A stretch of DNA of 64,000 nt from Octopus sinensis (GCF_006345805.1 NW_021829853.1:208831-272830); one strand, 5' to 3'; positions 50,674 to 63,942 are shown, numbered from the stretch's first letter. The notes: generated from the letters alone by a model not told the origin. Translations and numbers: made by a program.

Positions 50674-51171
50674 TATTTTGCTATAGCATAGCAGTAGTAA
50701 TAACCTGGTGTCAGAGTTCAATATGCTTCAGAATAAAGTGTTAGTTGAGTACAGAGCATAATATGAAATTAAATAAATGACAAAGGAACAGGAGATCATG
50801 CAGTGAACTTCATTAGGTTACAGTTGTTTCTGCTATAAGACAGTGTACTCAGAGCTGAGTACTTGTGCATCATCTCATAGCTTCTTCAGAGTTTCAAAAG
50901 TGCATTATTCTAAACTATTGAAGCCCATTGCACAATCTCGTGTTCTTTTGTCATTTATTTTATTTCATATGACATGAAGAACTAAGTGTATATTTTTGAA
51001 TATTATATGATTGTGAAATATGAGTTAGGTAGACCTATGTACTATTAGTTGGTACATGATTGTGAAATATGAGCATAGGTTATAGGGTTCTCAGCAAGAG
51101 AGAGATCTGTGTAGTATTGTCTTGTATTGCTGTGGAATATAGTCAAGGATGCAGGTCTCCATTGAAGATAT

Positions 51172-51775
51172 ATTTCTTTACTACTCAAAAGGGGCTAAAC
51201 AGAGAGGGGATAAATAAGGACAGACAAACGGATTAAGTTGATTACATCGACCTCAGTGCGAAACTGGTACTTTATTTAATCGACCCCGAAAGGATGAAAG
51301 GCAAAGTCGACCTCGGTGGAATTTGAACTCAGAACGTAAAGACGGACGAAATACCTATTTCTTTACTACCCACAAGGGGCTAAATACAGAGGGGACAAAC
51401 AAAGACAGACAAATGGATTAAGTTGATTACATCGACCCCAGTGCGAAACTGGTACTTTATTTAATCGACCATGAAAGGACGAAAGACAAAGTCGACCTCG
51501 GCGGAATTTGGACTCAGAACGTAACGTCAGACGAAATACCTATTTCTTTATTACCCACAAGGGGCTAAACACAGATAGGACAAACAAGGACAGACAAATG
51601 GATTAAGTCAATTATATCGACCCCAGTGCGAAACTGGTACTTTATTTATCGGCCCCGAAAGGATGAAAGGCAAAGTCGACCTCTGCGGAATTTGAACTCA
51701 GAACGTAGCGACAGACGAAATACCGCTAATCATTTCACCCGGCGTGCTAACGTTTCTGCCACCTCGTCGCCTTAA
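51172..51775 (-). mobile_element. Family B tandem trimer, 185-bp period
   Basis: atttcttta anchors at 51172, 51357 and 51542; only the rightmost unit keeps the full tRNA head. Confidence 0.9.
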
Positions 51776-52629
51776 AGACAAAAATATGTACTCCAATTTT
51801 GATTATATATGACTGGAATATTGATCAAGTGGGGGTGGATGATGTGGTTTTGTAGTTAGATTGAAAGATTTAAGAGTTACTAAATATTACATGGCTTTGA
51901 GATAGGAAAAGAGGCTGCAGGTTCCAGAGTAGAGAGGAAATAACTCCACACACATGGACAGAAATGTAGAAGAACCAAGCATGTTCTACTGAAAGTTGTA
52001 GAAGAGAGAGAGATTGGTGTAGAGTCTGCTGAAAGGTTTCTGCTGAAAAATGATAAGCAATGTCCTATGAAATGTTTTATTGTTTCTGTTTGAGTTTCCC
52101 AAGTATCCATAGTAACTGCTGGAGTTTTCATGTATCTACCCTACGACATGTCCCTCTATCACTCTAATCTCTCAACATGCACAAAGCCACTCCCCTTCAC
52201 TACGCCCCCCTTTTCCCTGCTGAGGGGTCTTTTGTCTTGCAAGTTACTTGGTGATCCTGATGTTGCAGGTTCCCCATAATAAGCATTCTGTACACCGTAG
52301 AGTAATTGGTATTAGGAAGGACATCCAGCCATAGAAACGATGCCAAAACAAGATACTGGGGCCTTTGTGGGGTTCCTGGCCTTACCAGCTCCTTTCAAAC
52401 TGTCTAACTCATACTAGCATGGAAAGTGAATGAAGATGATGATGTAGGTTGATGTGAGTGCATGCTGCTGACGAAGTGCAATGAAGCAGAAATGTTCATC
52501 TAGCATTCTCACAGCCACTGATGAACAATTATCATCTGCCACTGATATATTTTTGTGTTTTTAACACAGTAAGTCCATGAGAGATTTTTATATCCAGGTT
52601 CATCATGTACCAGCATTAAGTATGACTCA

Positions 52630-53015
52630 CATCATCATCATTGTTTAACGTCCATTTTCCATGCTGGCATGGATTGGATGGTTTGACTGGAGTCTGGGAA
52701 GCCAGGAGGCTGCACCAGGCTCCAATCTGATCTGGCAAAGTTTCTACAGCTGGATGCCCTTCCTAACGCCAACCACTCTGAGAGTGTAATGGGTGCTTTT
52801 TATGTGCCACCAGCACAGGGGTCAGAGGAGGCTGGCAATGACCATGACCGGTTGGTGCTTTTTGCATGGTACCGACACAGAAGCCAGTTAAGGCGGCACT
52901 GGCATTGGCCACATTCGGATGGTGCCTTTTACGTGCCACTGGCACGGAAGCCAGTCAAGGCGGTACTAGCATTGGCCACGTTCGGATGGTGCTTTTTATG
53001 TGCAACCAGCATGGG
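52630..53015 (-). mobile_element. Family A copy
   Basis: Family motifs, three hairpin units. Confidence 0.85.
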
Positions 53016-53789
53016 GATAGTCCACAGATAGGTATTTTAATCTAATACCAATTCTGTTATTTAACCCGCAAATCATCCCAGATTTGGAGAGAGAGAGAGA
53101 GACAGAGCATTCCATGGTGACAATCATGGCAATGCCATTTTTTATTCAGGAATAATTCCCTGGGTTACACTATACAGTATTTTTGTGTCTGTTTCTTTAA
53201 ATTCCATTCTGTTCACATCTAGGATGCATTATAGGAATATAAGTTGACCCCATTGCACCACTGGTACTGATACTCAATAAAAATTGAAAAAATCCTGCCC
53301 TCTGCTGGTTTTCAATTCTGAAATTGCAGAACAAAACCAATTCTGTAAGCTCTAATTCTGACGCATTAACAATTCTGTCAATCCACCGCCTAAATTGTAA
53401 GGTGTGGTTTGCAGTAGATTTAGCTGCTATTTCTGGCAGATATAGCAACCACTCAGAGGTTCTCTTCGTTGGCTGCTCTAGAAATTTCTGTGAGGAAAAT
53501 GTAAATGTTTCAAGCGGAACATTCTCCATTAAGAAAGAAAGCACCAAATCAGAAAGAGAGGGAAAGACAGTTTAGTGCTTCCAAAATACGTGTGGAATAG
53601 GTGTGCAATTGTCATCTTAATTACAATGTACAGCTAATTAACCACTCTAATTTTGGTTTTGTTTTTTGGATAATTAGCTTTAGATTTTCTGTTTTGTTTT
53701 TCTTTTCTTTATTCATTTGTGTAATTTATATATACACATTTATGCTTTTGTTTTTTATATTTATGTTATCCGTGTTATTTGACCTTCTT

Positions 53790-54165
53790 TCTTACTTCTG
53801 TGTGTAGGTGTGTGTGTGTGTGTGTTTGTGTATATGTGTGTGTTGTGTGTGTGTATGTGTTTGTGTGCTTGTGTGTGTATGAGTTTGTATATGTATGTTT
53901 GTGTATATATATATATGTGTGTATGTTTGTGTATGTGTTTGTGTGTATATATGTGTTTGTGTGTGTGTGTGTGCGTTTGTGTATATATACGTCTGTGTGT
54001 GTGTGTGTGTGTGTGTGATTCACTTGTTTCTCAAACTCTAATCAAATGTATATTAGCTGATGGTGGCATGCAAATCTTCAAATAAAATTCCATTTTGAAA
54101 ACAACAACAGCAACAACAACAACAACAACAATCATAATAACAACAACAACAACAACAACAATATT
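53790..54165. repeat. Cryptic (TG)/(TA) microsatellite and (AAC)n
   Basis: Direct reading. Confidence 0.95.
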
Positions 54166-55299
54166 GGATGAAAATTGCAACCAAAATTGAGATAGAAAAA
54201 CAAAGAAACAAACAAACAGACATAAATAAACAACGAACAAAAATGAGTCCCCATTTTATTCATAACTTTAGAATCCCATCGCTTCAGTCAAGATTCCTCA
54301 TCTTCTCCTCCATTCTTTTCTTCGTTTACTCTCGGCACAAATGTATGTGCAAAGAAATTTGCATTTTGGATAAACAAAAAAAAAAAATGAAAAAAAAAAC
54401 AAAAAAAAACAACAAAAAATAAAGAGGAGGAAGAGGGAAGAATGCTTCTACCTTTTTACCCCTCCCCTCTAAAAAATAAATCAAGCCCTCGTATTTTTAC
54501 TCTCAGGTGGACTTGGTACTCCCTCTGTCTGTCTGTCTGTCTCTCTCTTTGTCTCTCCTTCTCCGTAGAGATTGTTCTTTTAATTGTAACATTGATGCCA
54601 GCAAGAATCTGTCAGCAGTAATTAACAGTTTTTGATGAAAAAAAAAAAAAGAAAAAATATATGCAAATATTTATAAATAATAACAATAACAATAATAATA
54701 ATAATACAAACAAAATAAAATTAAAAACCAGTCAAGGAACCATGTAATTTATATTGTCTTCTCTCACTCTCTCTCTTTCCCTCTCTCCCTCTTTCACAGT
54801 TTCTTTCCGTTTCTCCTTCTTTTCCGATAACCTCACTTCTTCTGACTTGTGACTCTTCAAATTATTTATTTCTCATCACCTTTCCTTTGGGCATTCCACT
54901 CCACTCACTCTTGTATTTTCTATCATTCATCTAGAATCATATTTACTGCTGCAACTATTTCCAACCTTCCTTTTTATTTTTTTTTCCAATTTATTGTACT
55001 TTTCTTCATATTTCCTGGATGTGTGTACCAGTATGTGTGTATGCACACACACACACACATATCAACATATCATCATCATTTAATGTTTGCTTTCCTTGCT
55101 GGCATGGGTTGGATGGTTTGATTTGAACTGGTAAGCTAGATAGAGAGCTGCATCATGTTCTAGTCTGTTTTGGCTTGGTTTCTACAGCTGGGATGCCCTT
55201 CCTAATGCCAGCTACTCTTGAGAGTGTAGTGGGTGCCTCCATGTGTCACTGGAGTCAATACTTTTATGTGGCACTGGCATGGAAGCTGTTATATGTTAC

Positions 55300-56240
55300 C
55301 AGTACCAGCCCCAACTATTTTCAAACGATTTCACTTGGCTTGACGAGTCTTCTCAAGCACAGCATATCGCTAAAGGTCTCGGTCACTAGTCATCCCCTCC
55401 ATAAGGCTTCACCACCTCATCCCACATCTTCCTGGATCTATGTCTTCACTTCCTCATCCTACATTTTCCTGGGTCTATGTCTTCCACAGGTTCCCTCCAC
55501 GGTTAGAGATTGACACTTCTTTACACAGCTGTCCTCAACCATACACATCACTTAACCATACCAGCACACACATCTCTTTCACACCCCATCTGATGCCTCT
55601 TATGTCCAGTTTTATACTCTCAAGATGCTTACACTGTTGTACATGCTCACTGACATTGCACATCCAGTGAAATATATTAGATTCATTTCTTTCAATCCTA
55701 CGCATAGCCTTAGTGATCACAGCCCATGTTTCACTGCCGTGTAGCATGGCTGTTTGCACACAGGCATCATACAATCTACCTTTCACTGTGAGGGAGAGGT
55801 CCTTAGTTGCCAACAAAGGTAGAAGCTCTCTGAACTTTGCCCAGCACATTCTTATTCTAGCAGCTACACTCTCAGTGCACTCATCTCCACTGCTGACTTG
55901 GTCACCTAAATAACGAAAGCTATCAACTACTACGTATCTCCACTGGCATTTGAGGGGTCTATTTTCTGTACATTTTGTAGTGTTTATTGTACCTGTGTAT
56001 CTGCCACACACAAAGACTATTTTCCCTGTTAACTTTCCTCTGATATTGCTGCACCTCTTGTGGTCCATAGCTTACACTGGGTACATATTATAGTGTTTCT
56101 ACCTATGCCTTTTCTACAGATCGAGCAAGATCATCTACCTGAAGGCATTTGTGATTTGTCCACTTTCCCACTTACTAGGACTTTGGTTTTTGCAAAATTA
56201 ACTCTCTAAGGCCCTTTGATTCTGGACCTTGCTTCCACAT
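55300..56240 (-). mobile_element. RTE fragment (RT end with Cys-rich insert to ORF stop), followed by its 3'-UTR repeat
   Basis: VVDSFRYLG, KGRLYDACVQTAMLHGSETW and ..AVLEKTRQAK*; contiguous with the repeat at 55065-55300. Confidence 0.85.
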
Positions 56241-56244
56241 CTGA

Positions 56245-56281
<37 letters not shown>

Positions 56282-56303
56282 TATGTATATATATATGTGG
56301 CGG

Positions 56304-56601
56304 GGACCCCCTTCGGTCATGAATGACCATGGGATTGCACCTAGAAAGTTATCCTCCGAGTCACAAGTCCAGGCAAGGTTGTTTATGGTAGGCCAGCAGT
56401 CGCCCATGCATACCAGCCTCCCAGGGGCCGATACACGTTGGCACCAGTGATGTCGCAACTCATTTCTACAGCTGAGTGAACTGGAGCAACGTGAAATAAA
56501 GTGTCTTGTTCAAGAACACAAAATGCAGCCCGGTCTGGGATTTGAGCTCACAACCTCACGATCATAAGCTTGACGCTCTAACCACTGAGCCATGTGCCTT
56601 C
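56304..56601 (-). mobile_element. Same SINE family as 26721-27049
   Basis: Reverse-complement match along its length. Confidence 0.8.
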
Positions 56602-57319
56602 ATACACACACACACACAATTATATATACATACATACGTACACACACCCCTTCTACTTGTTGGTTTGTTTACATCCCTGCAAATTAGCAGTGTTGCAAAA
56701 GTAACTGATAGAATGGATACCACACTTTCAAAAAAAAAAAAAGTATGGATTCTTTTGTTTGACCACACCGTTTGAGGTGGTGCCCTAGCATGGCCACAGC
56801 CCAATGACTGACACAAGTAAAACATAAAAGAAAAAAACAGAAGCTTCTTTGGTGGGATCAGAACCAATGGCCCCTTTGCCCAACCCTAATCACATCCTAT
56901 TATTCTCTCCACCAAATGCACATACCTTCTGCTGTTTGCCAACACAATAAATCTCTCCCTTTTTCTTTTAGTATTTCTATAAGTTGAAGGCAGGAAACCA
57001 TTTTCGAAACTTCTTCCTCCCTCTTCTGATTGTTGCCTCTCCATTATCAACAGCATGTTTCATTCAGCCACAGAATTTGTCTTCTCTACTTCAATGGAAT
57101 CCATCCCCATTGGTTGTCTTTGACTAGCCTTTAGGCCCAGGATGCTGTCAGTTGCACTGGTGAAAATTCTATCCTTGTCAGCACTTAGTCATTCCGGAAC
57201 CTTCTCCTTCTTCTTGTGACTGTCGACATGATTGGAGGCAACCACCTTTCAGACAGAAAACCAAAGTATCAAGTTGGTTTGGCTTATTAAAATTCATGGC
57301 TAATTATTTCAAGCCAACA

Positions 57320-57390
57320 CCACATATATACATAGATACATACATACATACATATATAATATATATATATATATAATATATTATATATAT

Positions 57391-57436
<46 letters not shown>

Positions 57437-57479
57437 TATATATATATATACATACACACACACACACATATATACATAC

Positions 57480-57514
<35 letters not shown>

Positions 57515-57544
57515 AACACACATATATATAAACACACACACACA

Positions 57545-57577
<33 letters not shown>

Positions 57578-57599
57578 CATATATATAACATGCATACAT

Positions 57600-57630
<31 letters not shown>

Positions 57631-57658
57631 CATGCATACATACACACACACACACACA

Positions 57659-57718
<60 letters not shown>

Positions 57719-57770
57719 GCATATATATATACATGCATATATATATATATATACATGCATATACACACAC
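57320..57770. repeat. Compound (TA)/(CA) microsatellite
   Basis: Direct reading. Confidence 0.95.
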
Positions 57771-58607
57771 TCTGATACTAACTTTCAATGTACTCAAGGA
57801 ATTTTGTGAAGTTTTCCTCTGAGGAAATTTTGAAGTTTATGCTATTTCTAGAAGAATTCTATGATTTAGAAACAGATTTAATTTTCAAACCAATAATTTT
57901 ATCTGCAAATGTTAATTCTGTGTTAATATAACTGACAGAAACTGTGAGGTTCAGTTAATGCACACTAAATGGTCCCAGGTTCAAATTGCTCTGTAGCTAT
58001 TGTGTTTTTTTTTTTCTGAATGTGGTTTGTGATTCCAGTTTTTTTGCTTCTGACTGTAAATGTTTTTCACTGATGACTATTCAATGGTCAAAACAATGTT
58101 CAACTCCAAAAACAATTGTTTTACAATCATCATCATCATCATCATCATTAGTTTCAGCAAAACGAACAGACCCCCCCCCATTTCTGCTGACATAAAAATA
58201 ATGAATACAGAACCCAGAAATAAATCAATGATTTGCACAGGCTCTTTGGTTAGGAAATTTGCTTTGCAGCCCCATAGTTTCGGTATCTTGGCTAACTGCC
58301 TTCTACTATAGCTTTGGGCTGATCAAAGCCTTGAGAGTGGATTTTGAAGAAGGAAACTGAAAGAAGCCTTCTATCATCATCATCGTCGTTGTTTAACGTC
58401 TGCTTTCCATACTGGCATGGGTTGGATGGTTTGACTGAGGACTGGCAAGCCAGAAGGCTGCCCCAGGCTCCAATCTGGTCTGGCAAAGTTTCTACTGCTG
58501 GATGCCCTTCCTAATGCCAACCACTCCGACAGTGTAGTGGGTGCTTTTACGTGCCACCAGTCAGGCGATTCTGGCAATAATCATGCTCAAAAGGTGTTTT
58601 TTTATGT

Positions 58608-58708
58608 GCTGAAATGTGTTAACAGCAAGAAGATGAGGACAAATATCCGTCAAATGTAAATAATGTAAATAACGCACATAATTCCTCATCTCTTAAATAT
58701 AGAACTGT
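58608..58708 (+). mobile_element. HH-SINE 3' fragment
   Basis: gaaatgtgttaac...cttaaatatagaactgta. Confidence 0.8.
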
Positions 58709-58719
58709 ATTATCTCATG

Positions 58720-61700
58720 AAATGTTGTATGTTTAATATGTCCCATATCAAATTTTATGCTACCTTTAACATATCCCATATCAGGTGTTCTCTGAACTTT
58801 CACATCCCTGACATGTCTGCTCTCCAATGTTTCTTTAATCTCATATTTCTCATGTCTTCTGATATCTTACCTCCTGTTCTATTAATCCTGATATAGCTTC
58901 TCTCCTATGTTTCACGTATCTGATATCCCTACTTACCTTCTGACGTCTGTTTCATCTGATGTTTTACTAGTCCTAATATCATTCTCTCTGATGTTTCATT
59001 AAAATAATAATATCTTTCATATTTCTGATAAATGTTTCATGCAATGTTCTACTCACTCTGACATAGTTTGTCTCCACTGTTTCATTCAACTGCTCTGTGA
59101 GAGAGGTCTTCCATTTGCCTCATCTGATGGCTAAGGAATTCCAATATCGCTTGTCTCTGATATTATGTTATGCTGATATCTGTTTCGCCTGACGTTGTCC
59201 TAATCTTGTTCAGTGGCATCTCGTATATCATTAATCTCCTTTTTGTGATATCTTCTGATATATCTGTTAGTATAACATGATATAAACATAAGGGGATGAA
59301 CAAATAACTTCTGAAATGTGTCATCTGATGTTGTACTAATCCTGTTTATCCTCATTCCTTGTCTCATAAATCTGATTTTTCTGCTATCTTCTGATATCTG
59401 TTTCACTTGATGCAGTGCTAATCCTGTTGATCCTAATCTTTTGTTTCATTAATCTGATTTTCCCTGATATCTTCTGATATTGTAATTGTATTCCTGTCTG
59501 TCCTCATCTCTCGTTTCTCTAATCCATTATCATCTTCTTTCATTAATGTATTTTTTCTGATATCTTCTAATGTCCGTTTCACCTGATGTTCTAGTATACC
59601 TGGTTATTCTCATATCTTGTTTAATGAATCTGATTTTTGTGATATAATCTTATATATTTTTCATCAGGTTTTTTTACTAATCCTTTCCATCCTCTTCTCT
59701 GGTTTAATCCAATGTTTTCTGGTATCTGTTGCAATGTTGTACAAATCCTTTTGATCTTCATCTCATGTTTCATTAATGTATTTTTACTGATATCTTCTGA
59801 AATTAGTTTCCCCCTGATGTTGTAGTAACCCTGTTTATCCGCATCTCTTCTTTCAGTAATCTATTTCTTCTGGTATCCTCTTATATCTGTTGCACCTGAT
59901 TGTGTACTAAACCCTGGTCATCCTCATCTCCCATTTTATCAGTCTGATTATTCTTATATCCTCTTATATTTGTTTCATCTGATGTTGCATTAATCCTGGT
60001 CATCCTCATCCCTTGTTTTTAAATCTGATTTTTCTCATATATCTTGTGCCATCTGTTTCTCCTGATTAGTTTTGTGATATCTTCTGATATTTGTTTCACA
60101 TGCCATCATACTTATCCCATTCGTCCTCATCTCACGCTTCACCAATTGCATTTTCCTCTCTTCTTATATCTCTTTCACATGGTTTTATACTAATCCTGTT
60201 CATCATCAATCTGTCACGTTTCATAATTTTGCTTCTTCTCATATCTTCTCGTATCTGTTTCACATGATACTATACTAACCCTGCTCACATTCATCTGCTG
60301 TTCCGTTAATCTTGTATTTGTGATATCATCTGATATCTGTTTCAGGTGATGTTATACTAATCCTGTTCAATCTCTTCTATTGTATCACTATTGTGCCGTT
60401 GCTGATATCCTCTGATATGGTTTTCAACTGACATTAAACTCTCTTCATTCTCATCTGTTTCATTTATCTGATTGTTCTCATCTGATATCTGTTTCACCTC
60501 ATCTTTTATGAATTTTGCTCAGCCTTCTCTTTTGTTGCCTTACTGGCACCTGTGCCGGTGGCATGTGTAAAAAGATTCGAGCGAGGTCGTTGCCAGTACC
60601 GCCTGACTGGCCCCCATGCCAGTGGCACGTAAAAAGCACCCACTACACTCTCGGAGTGGTTGGTGTTAGGAAGGGCATCCAGCTGTAGAAACTCTGCCAG
60701 ATCAAGATTGGAGCCTGGTGCAGCCATCTGGTTTGCCAGTCCTCAGTCAAAATCGTCCAACTCATGCTAGCATGAAAACGGATGTTAAACGATTAAACAA
60801 TGAATATGATTTTTGTGATATTTCTTGATACGTTTCATCTGGCATTATACTAACCCAGTTCATGCTTATTTCATGTTTTACGAATCTGATTTTTATGATA
60901 TCTTCTGATATCTGTTTGACCTGATGTGATACTGTCCTTGTTGATTCCAATCTCTTCTTGTATTAATCTGATATCTCTGCTATCCTTTAATATCTATTTC
61001 AATTGGTGTTATACTTACCGTATTCAGTGTCATGTCTGACATTTTATGAATCTGATATTTCTGATGTCTTGCAATATCCCTGTCACATGATGTTATGCTG
61101 TTCCTGTTGATTCTCATGTCTGACGTTCTAATAATCCAATGTATCTTATATATTCCGATATCAGTTTTCCCTGCTGTTATACTACCCCCTGTTCATTCTC
61201 ATCCCTCGTTTCATTAATGTCCTTCTTCTGATATCTTGTTATCTATTTCACCTGATGCCATTCGAACCCTGTCCATTCTCACCTTTGACATTACATGACT
61301 CTGACATGTCTCATAATCTTTGATATTTCTTTCATCTGATGTTCTACCTTGCTACTTAAAGCCATGGACACTTATTTGTGGCCAACGATATATTCTTTAC
61401 CAGTTTTTCTTCTCGCTCATATCTATTCTCACACCTGAAATCACAGTTACTGTAATCTCTCTGATGCTTGATGTTCCCCTGTCTATGATGCACTTTCTAC
61501 CTGTTCATCTCCTGACTCTGATATCTCTTTCATCCGATGTTCTAATAACTCCGATATCTTTCATATCTGATGTCTTACTCTTATACCCGTGATATCTGTG
61601 GTTCTATCAGTTTTGATATCTCTCATAATTGTTTTGCTACTCTCCTTCATATCTTATGTTCTACCATGTTTGATATCGCCTGTATGTGTTTTTCCCGTCA

Positions 61701-61750
61701 CACTGATATCTCTCATATCTGATGTTATAATAAATCTGCTGTATCTCAGG
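58720..61750. repeat. Old, diverged ~82-bp minisatellite (T/C-rich on +)
   Basis: Anchors ctgatg/tactaatcc recur at ~82-bp spacing (59325/59407; 59814/59896/59979; 60273/60355); interrupted by family A at 60537. Confidence 0.8.
60537..60793 (+). mobile_element. Family A, young subfamily, inserted in the minisatellite
   Basis: Nearly identical to 17740-18012; interrupts the 82-bp array. Confidence 0.9.
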
Positions 61751-61831
61751 GATACCAGTAGTTCTCAAATGGGGTGCATGCAATAGTTTTGGCAGTCCAT
61801 GCGAGCAAAATAGCAACTTAGGGATCCACAG

Positions 61832-62294
61832 TCATCATCATCATCATCGTTTAACATCCGCTTTCCATGCTAGCATGGGTTGGACGATTTGACTGAAGAC
61901 TGGTGAACCAGATGGCTGCACCAGGTTCCAATCTTGATCTGGCAGAGTTTCTACAGTTGGATGCCCTTCCTAATGCCAACCACTCTGAGAGTGTAGTGGG
62001 TGCTTTTACGTGCCACTGGCACGAGGGCCAGTCAGGCGGTACTGGCAATGGCCATGCTTAAATGGTGTTTTTTACATGTCACCTGCACAGGAGCCAGTCC
62101 AGCGGCACTGGCAACAACCTCGCTTGAATGTTTTTTCACGTGCCACTGGCACAAGTGCCAGTAAGGCGACGCTGGTAATGATCACGCTCGAATGGTGCTT
62201 TTTGCGTGCCACTGGCACGGAAGCCAGTCAGCTGCTCTGGCAACGATCACGCTCAGATGATGCTTTTAGCACTCCACTAGCATGGATGCCAGTC
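61832..62294 (-). mobile_element. Family A, young subfamily
   Basis: Inverted relative to 60537-60793. Confidence 0.9.
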
Positions 62295-63284
62295 ATCATA
62301 TTTGATTGCAATTTCGATTTCCTCAACAGTATTTTAAGAAATAAGAATATATTTTGCTTGAAACGAATTCATTGCAAGAAACAAGTATGGTTCTTTCTCA
62401 AACATTTTGAATATTGTTAGAAACGAAATAGGAAGTTTGAAAAAAGTATCTCTAAAACTAGGTTTTAAAATACCAAATTACAATGGGTGCCTACTAAAGT
62501 AAAACAGTAACAAAAGGGAACATGTAGGTAAAAAATTAGGGTTTCGAACCACTTCCCTCTGCCAGTCTGTCAGCCCTAAAATACACAACTGGAAGAGGAA
62601 TTCTTCAATGTTCCTAGAATCAAAAGGGTTATCTAACTTCTCTCATTACTCCTATTCTCCCTGTCTTCTCCGGTTCCCTACAATAACCCCTATGTTCAAT
62701 AATTTCTCTCCAGAATGGTTGGTGGTCCTCTACAGTTTCCTACTTGCTCCTTTGATCATAAGTTTGCCTAATCAGGGACTGGCCGAGGGTGAAAAACAAC
62801 AACAGGGAAAGTTTGAACTCAGATTGTAGCAATTCAACTAGGAAGGTATTTAGTGGTGCTGCCCTCTACATTTTGTGTTACTTCACTGTCTTAAATAATA
62901 AGGCATGGCTGGGTGGGTGGGGAGTTTTCCTTCTTACCACATGGTTCTGAGTTCAATCCCATGCCACAGAATCTTATGCTTGGGGTTTCTATCATGGCCA
63001 GAATTCATGAGAAACTGTGTGTGTATGTGTATGTTTCACCAGTATGTATTAATGAAACATAATTATTGGCCAAAGAGGGAAGGAGGAACCACTGCTCTAT
63101 GTTTGAAGTCAGTTGAAATATTTGTTCTTCCCCGAGTTACAGACACTCCCTTGTCACTCTTGTCATCATAAATGCAGTGAACCAGTCAGAGACGTGGAAC
63201 CAACGATGCTGTTGTTTACAAATTGTGATATAAAAATGAGTGTTTTTTTTTCTTCGTTCCAAAAACCAGAGTTAGGAGGAGACG

Positions 63285-63319
63285 TATATTAAACGCGACC
63301 GCATGCAGCTTCGTTCAGT
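63285..63319 (+). promoter_or_regulatory. Candidate TATA + Inr core promoter
   Basis: TATATTAAA at 63285 and TCAGT at 63315-63319 (Inr A at 63317, TATA at -32), in non-repetitive sequence with many CpGs. Confidence 0.4.
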
Positions 63320-63474
63320 GAAGTGTTGCAGAAGAAGAAGATATTCTGCTTAGTCTGGTTGGTTTGCAGAGAGCAACGATAATTATTTAGATTCCAGAGT
63401 CTACTGAATCAGACATAATTGACTGGAATCGAGACGAAGTTTAACAGTTCTGACGAAATATCTGTTTTAGTAGA

Positions 63475-63527
63475 ATGTGCAGCCGTGCGGATGACGTTTC
63501 TTTTGATTTCTTCAGAAATGAACTCGA
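63475..63527 (+). CDS. Candidate alternative first coding exon (MCSRADDVSFDFFRNEL-E)
   Basis: First ATG after the putative Inr. A possible GA|GTAAAA phase-2 donor lies just before an in-frame TAA. Confidence 0.3.
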
Positions 63528-63744
63528 GTAAAAATAACATCGATATGTCTAATGGGAGTCTTGGACAGCCTCGGCTTTATTTTGCAGAAATGATTTTGCA
63601 GAAAGAAAAAGAAGAAAATTTCTCTTCCACCTGATATACATATATATGTAACTTTTAATTTTTGGCTCCTTTTAATTTCACATAGGGAAAACATAGAACC
63701 CTTCTGTGTCAATATAACAATAGTTATAATATAATAGGACATAA

Positions 63745-63942
63745 TGTATGTGTGTGAATAATATATATATATATAATATATATATATATGTATGTATATG
63801 TATGTATATGTATATTAGTATAGTATGTATATATATATGTATGTATATGTATGTAATCTATATATATATTATATATATGTAGTATATGTATGTAATATAT
63901 ATATATAATATGTATGTATATGTATGTATTTATTATATATAT
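63745..63942. repeat. TA/TATG-rich simple repeat
   Basis: Direct reading. Confidence 0.9.

Noticed and set aside
56880-57270. Unique GC-balanced segment, possibly a minus-strand exon or LINE linker
   Set aside because: Frames are interrupted by stops and show no recognisable motif; unresolved without a search.
57287-57797. Long Y/I/V/C-rich ORFs (also at 8.0-8.4 kb and 53.8-54.1 kb)
   Set aside because: Dinucleotide microsatellite artefacts.
58720-61750. Minisatellite as a derivative of the HH-SINE or as a coding repeat
   Set aside because: Shared words (cacctgatg, tcctcatctc) are short, there is no CUGANGA/GAAA pair on either strand, and all frames contain stops.
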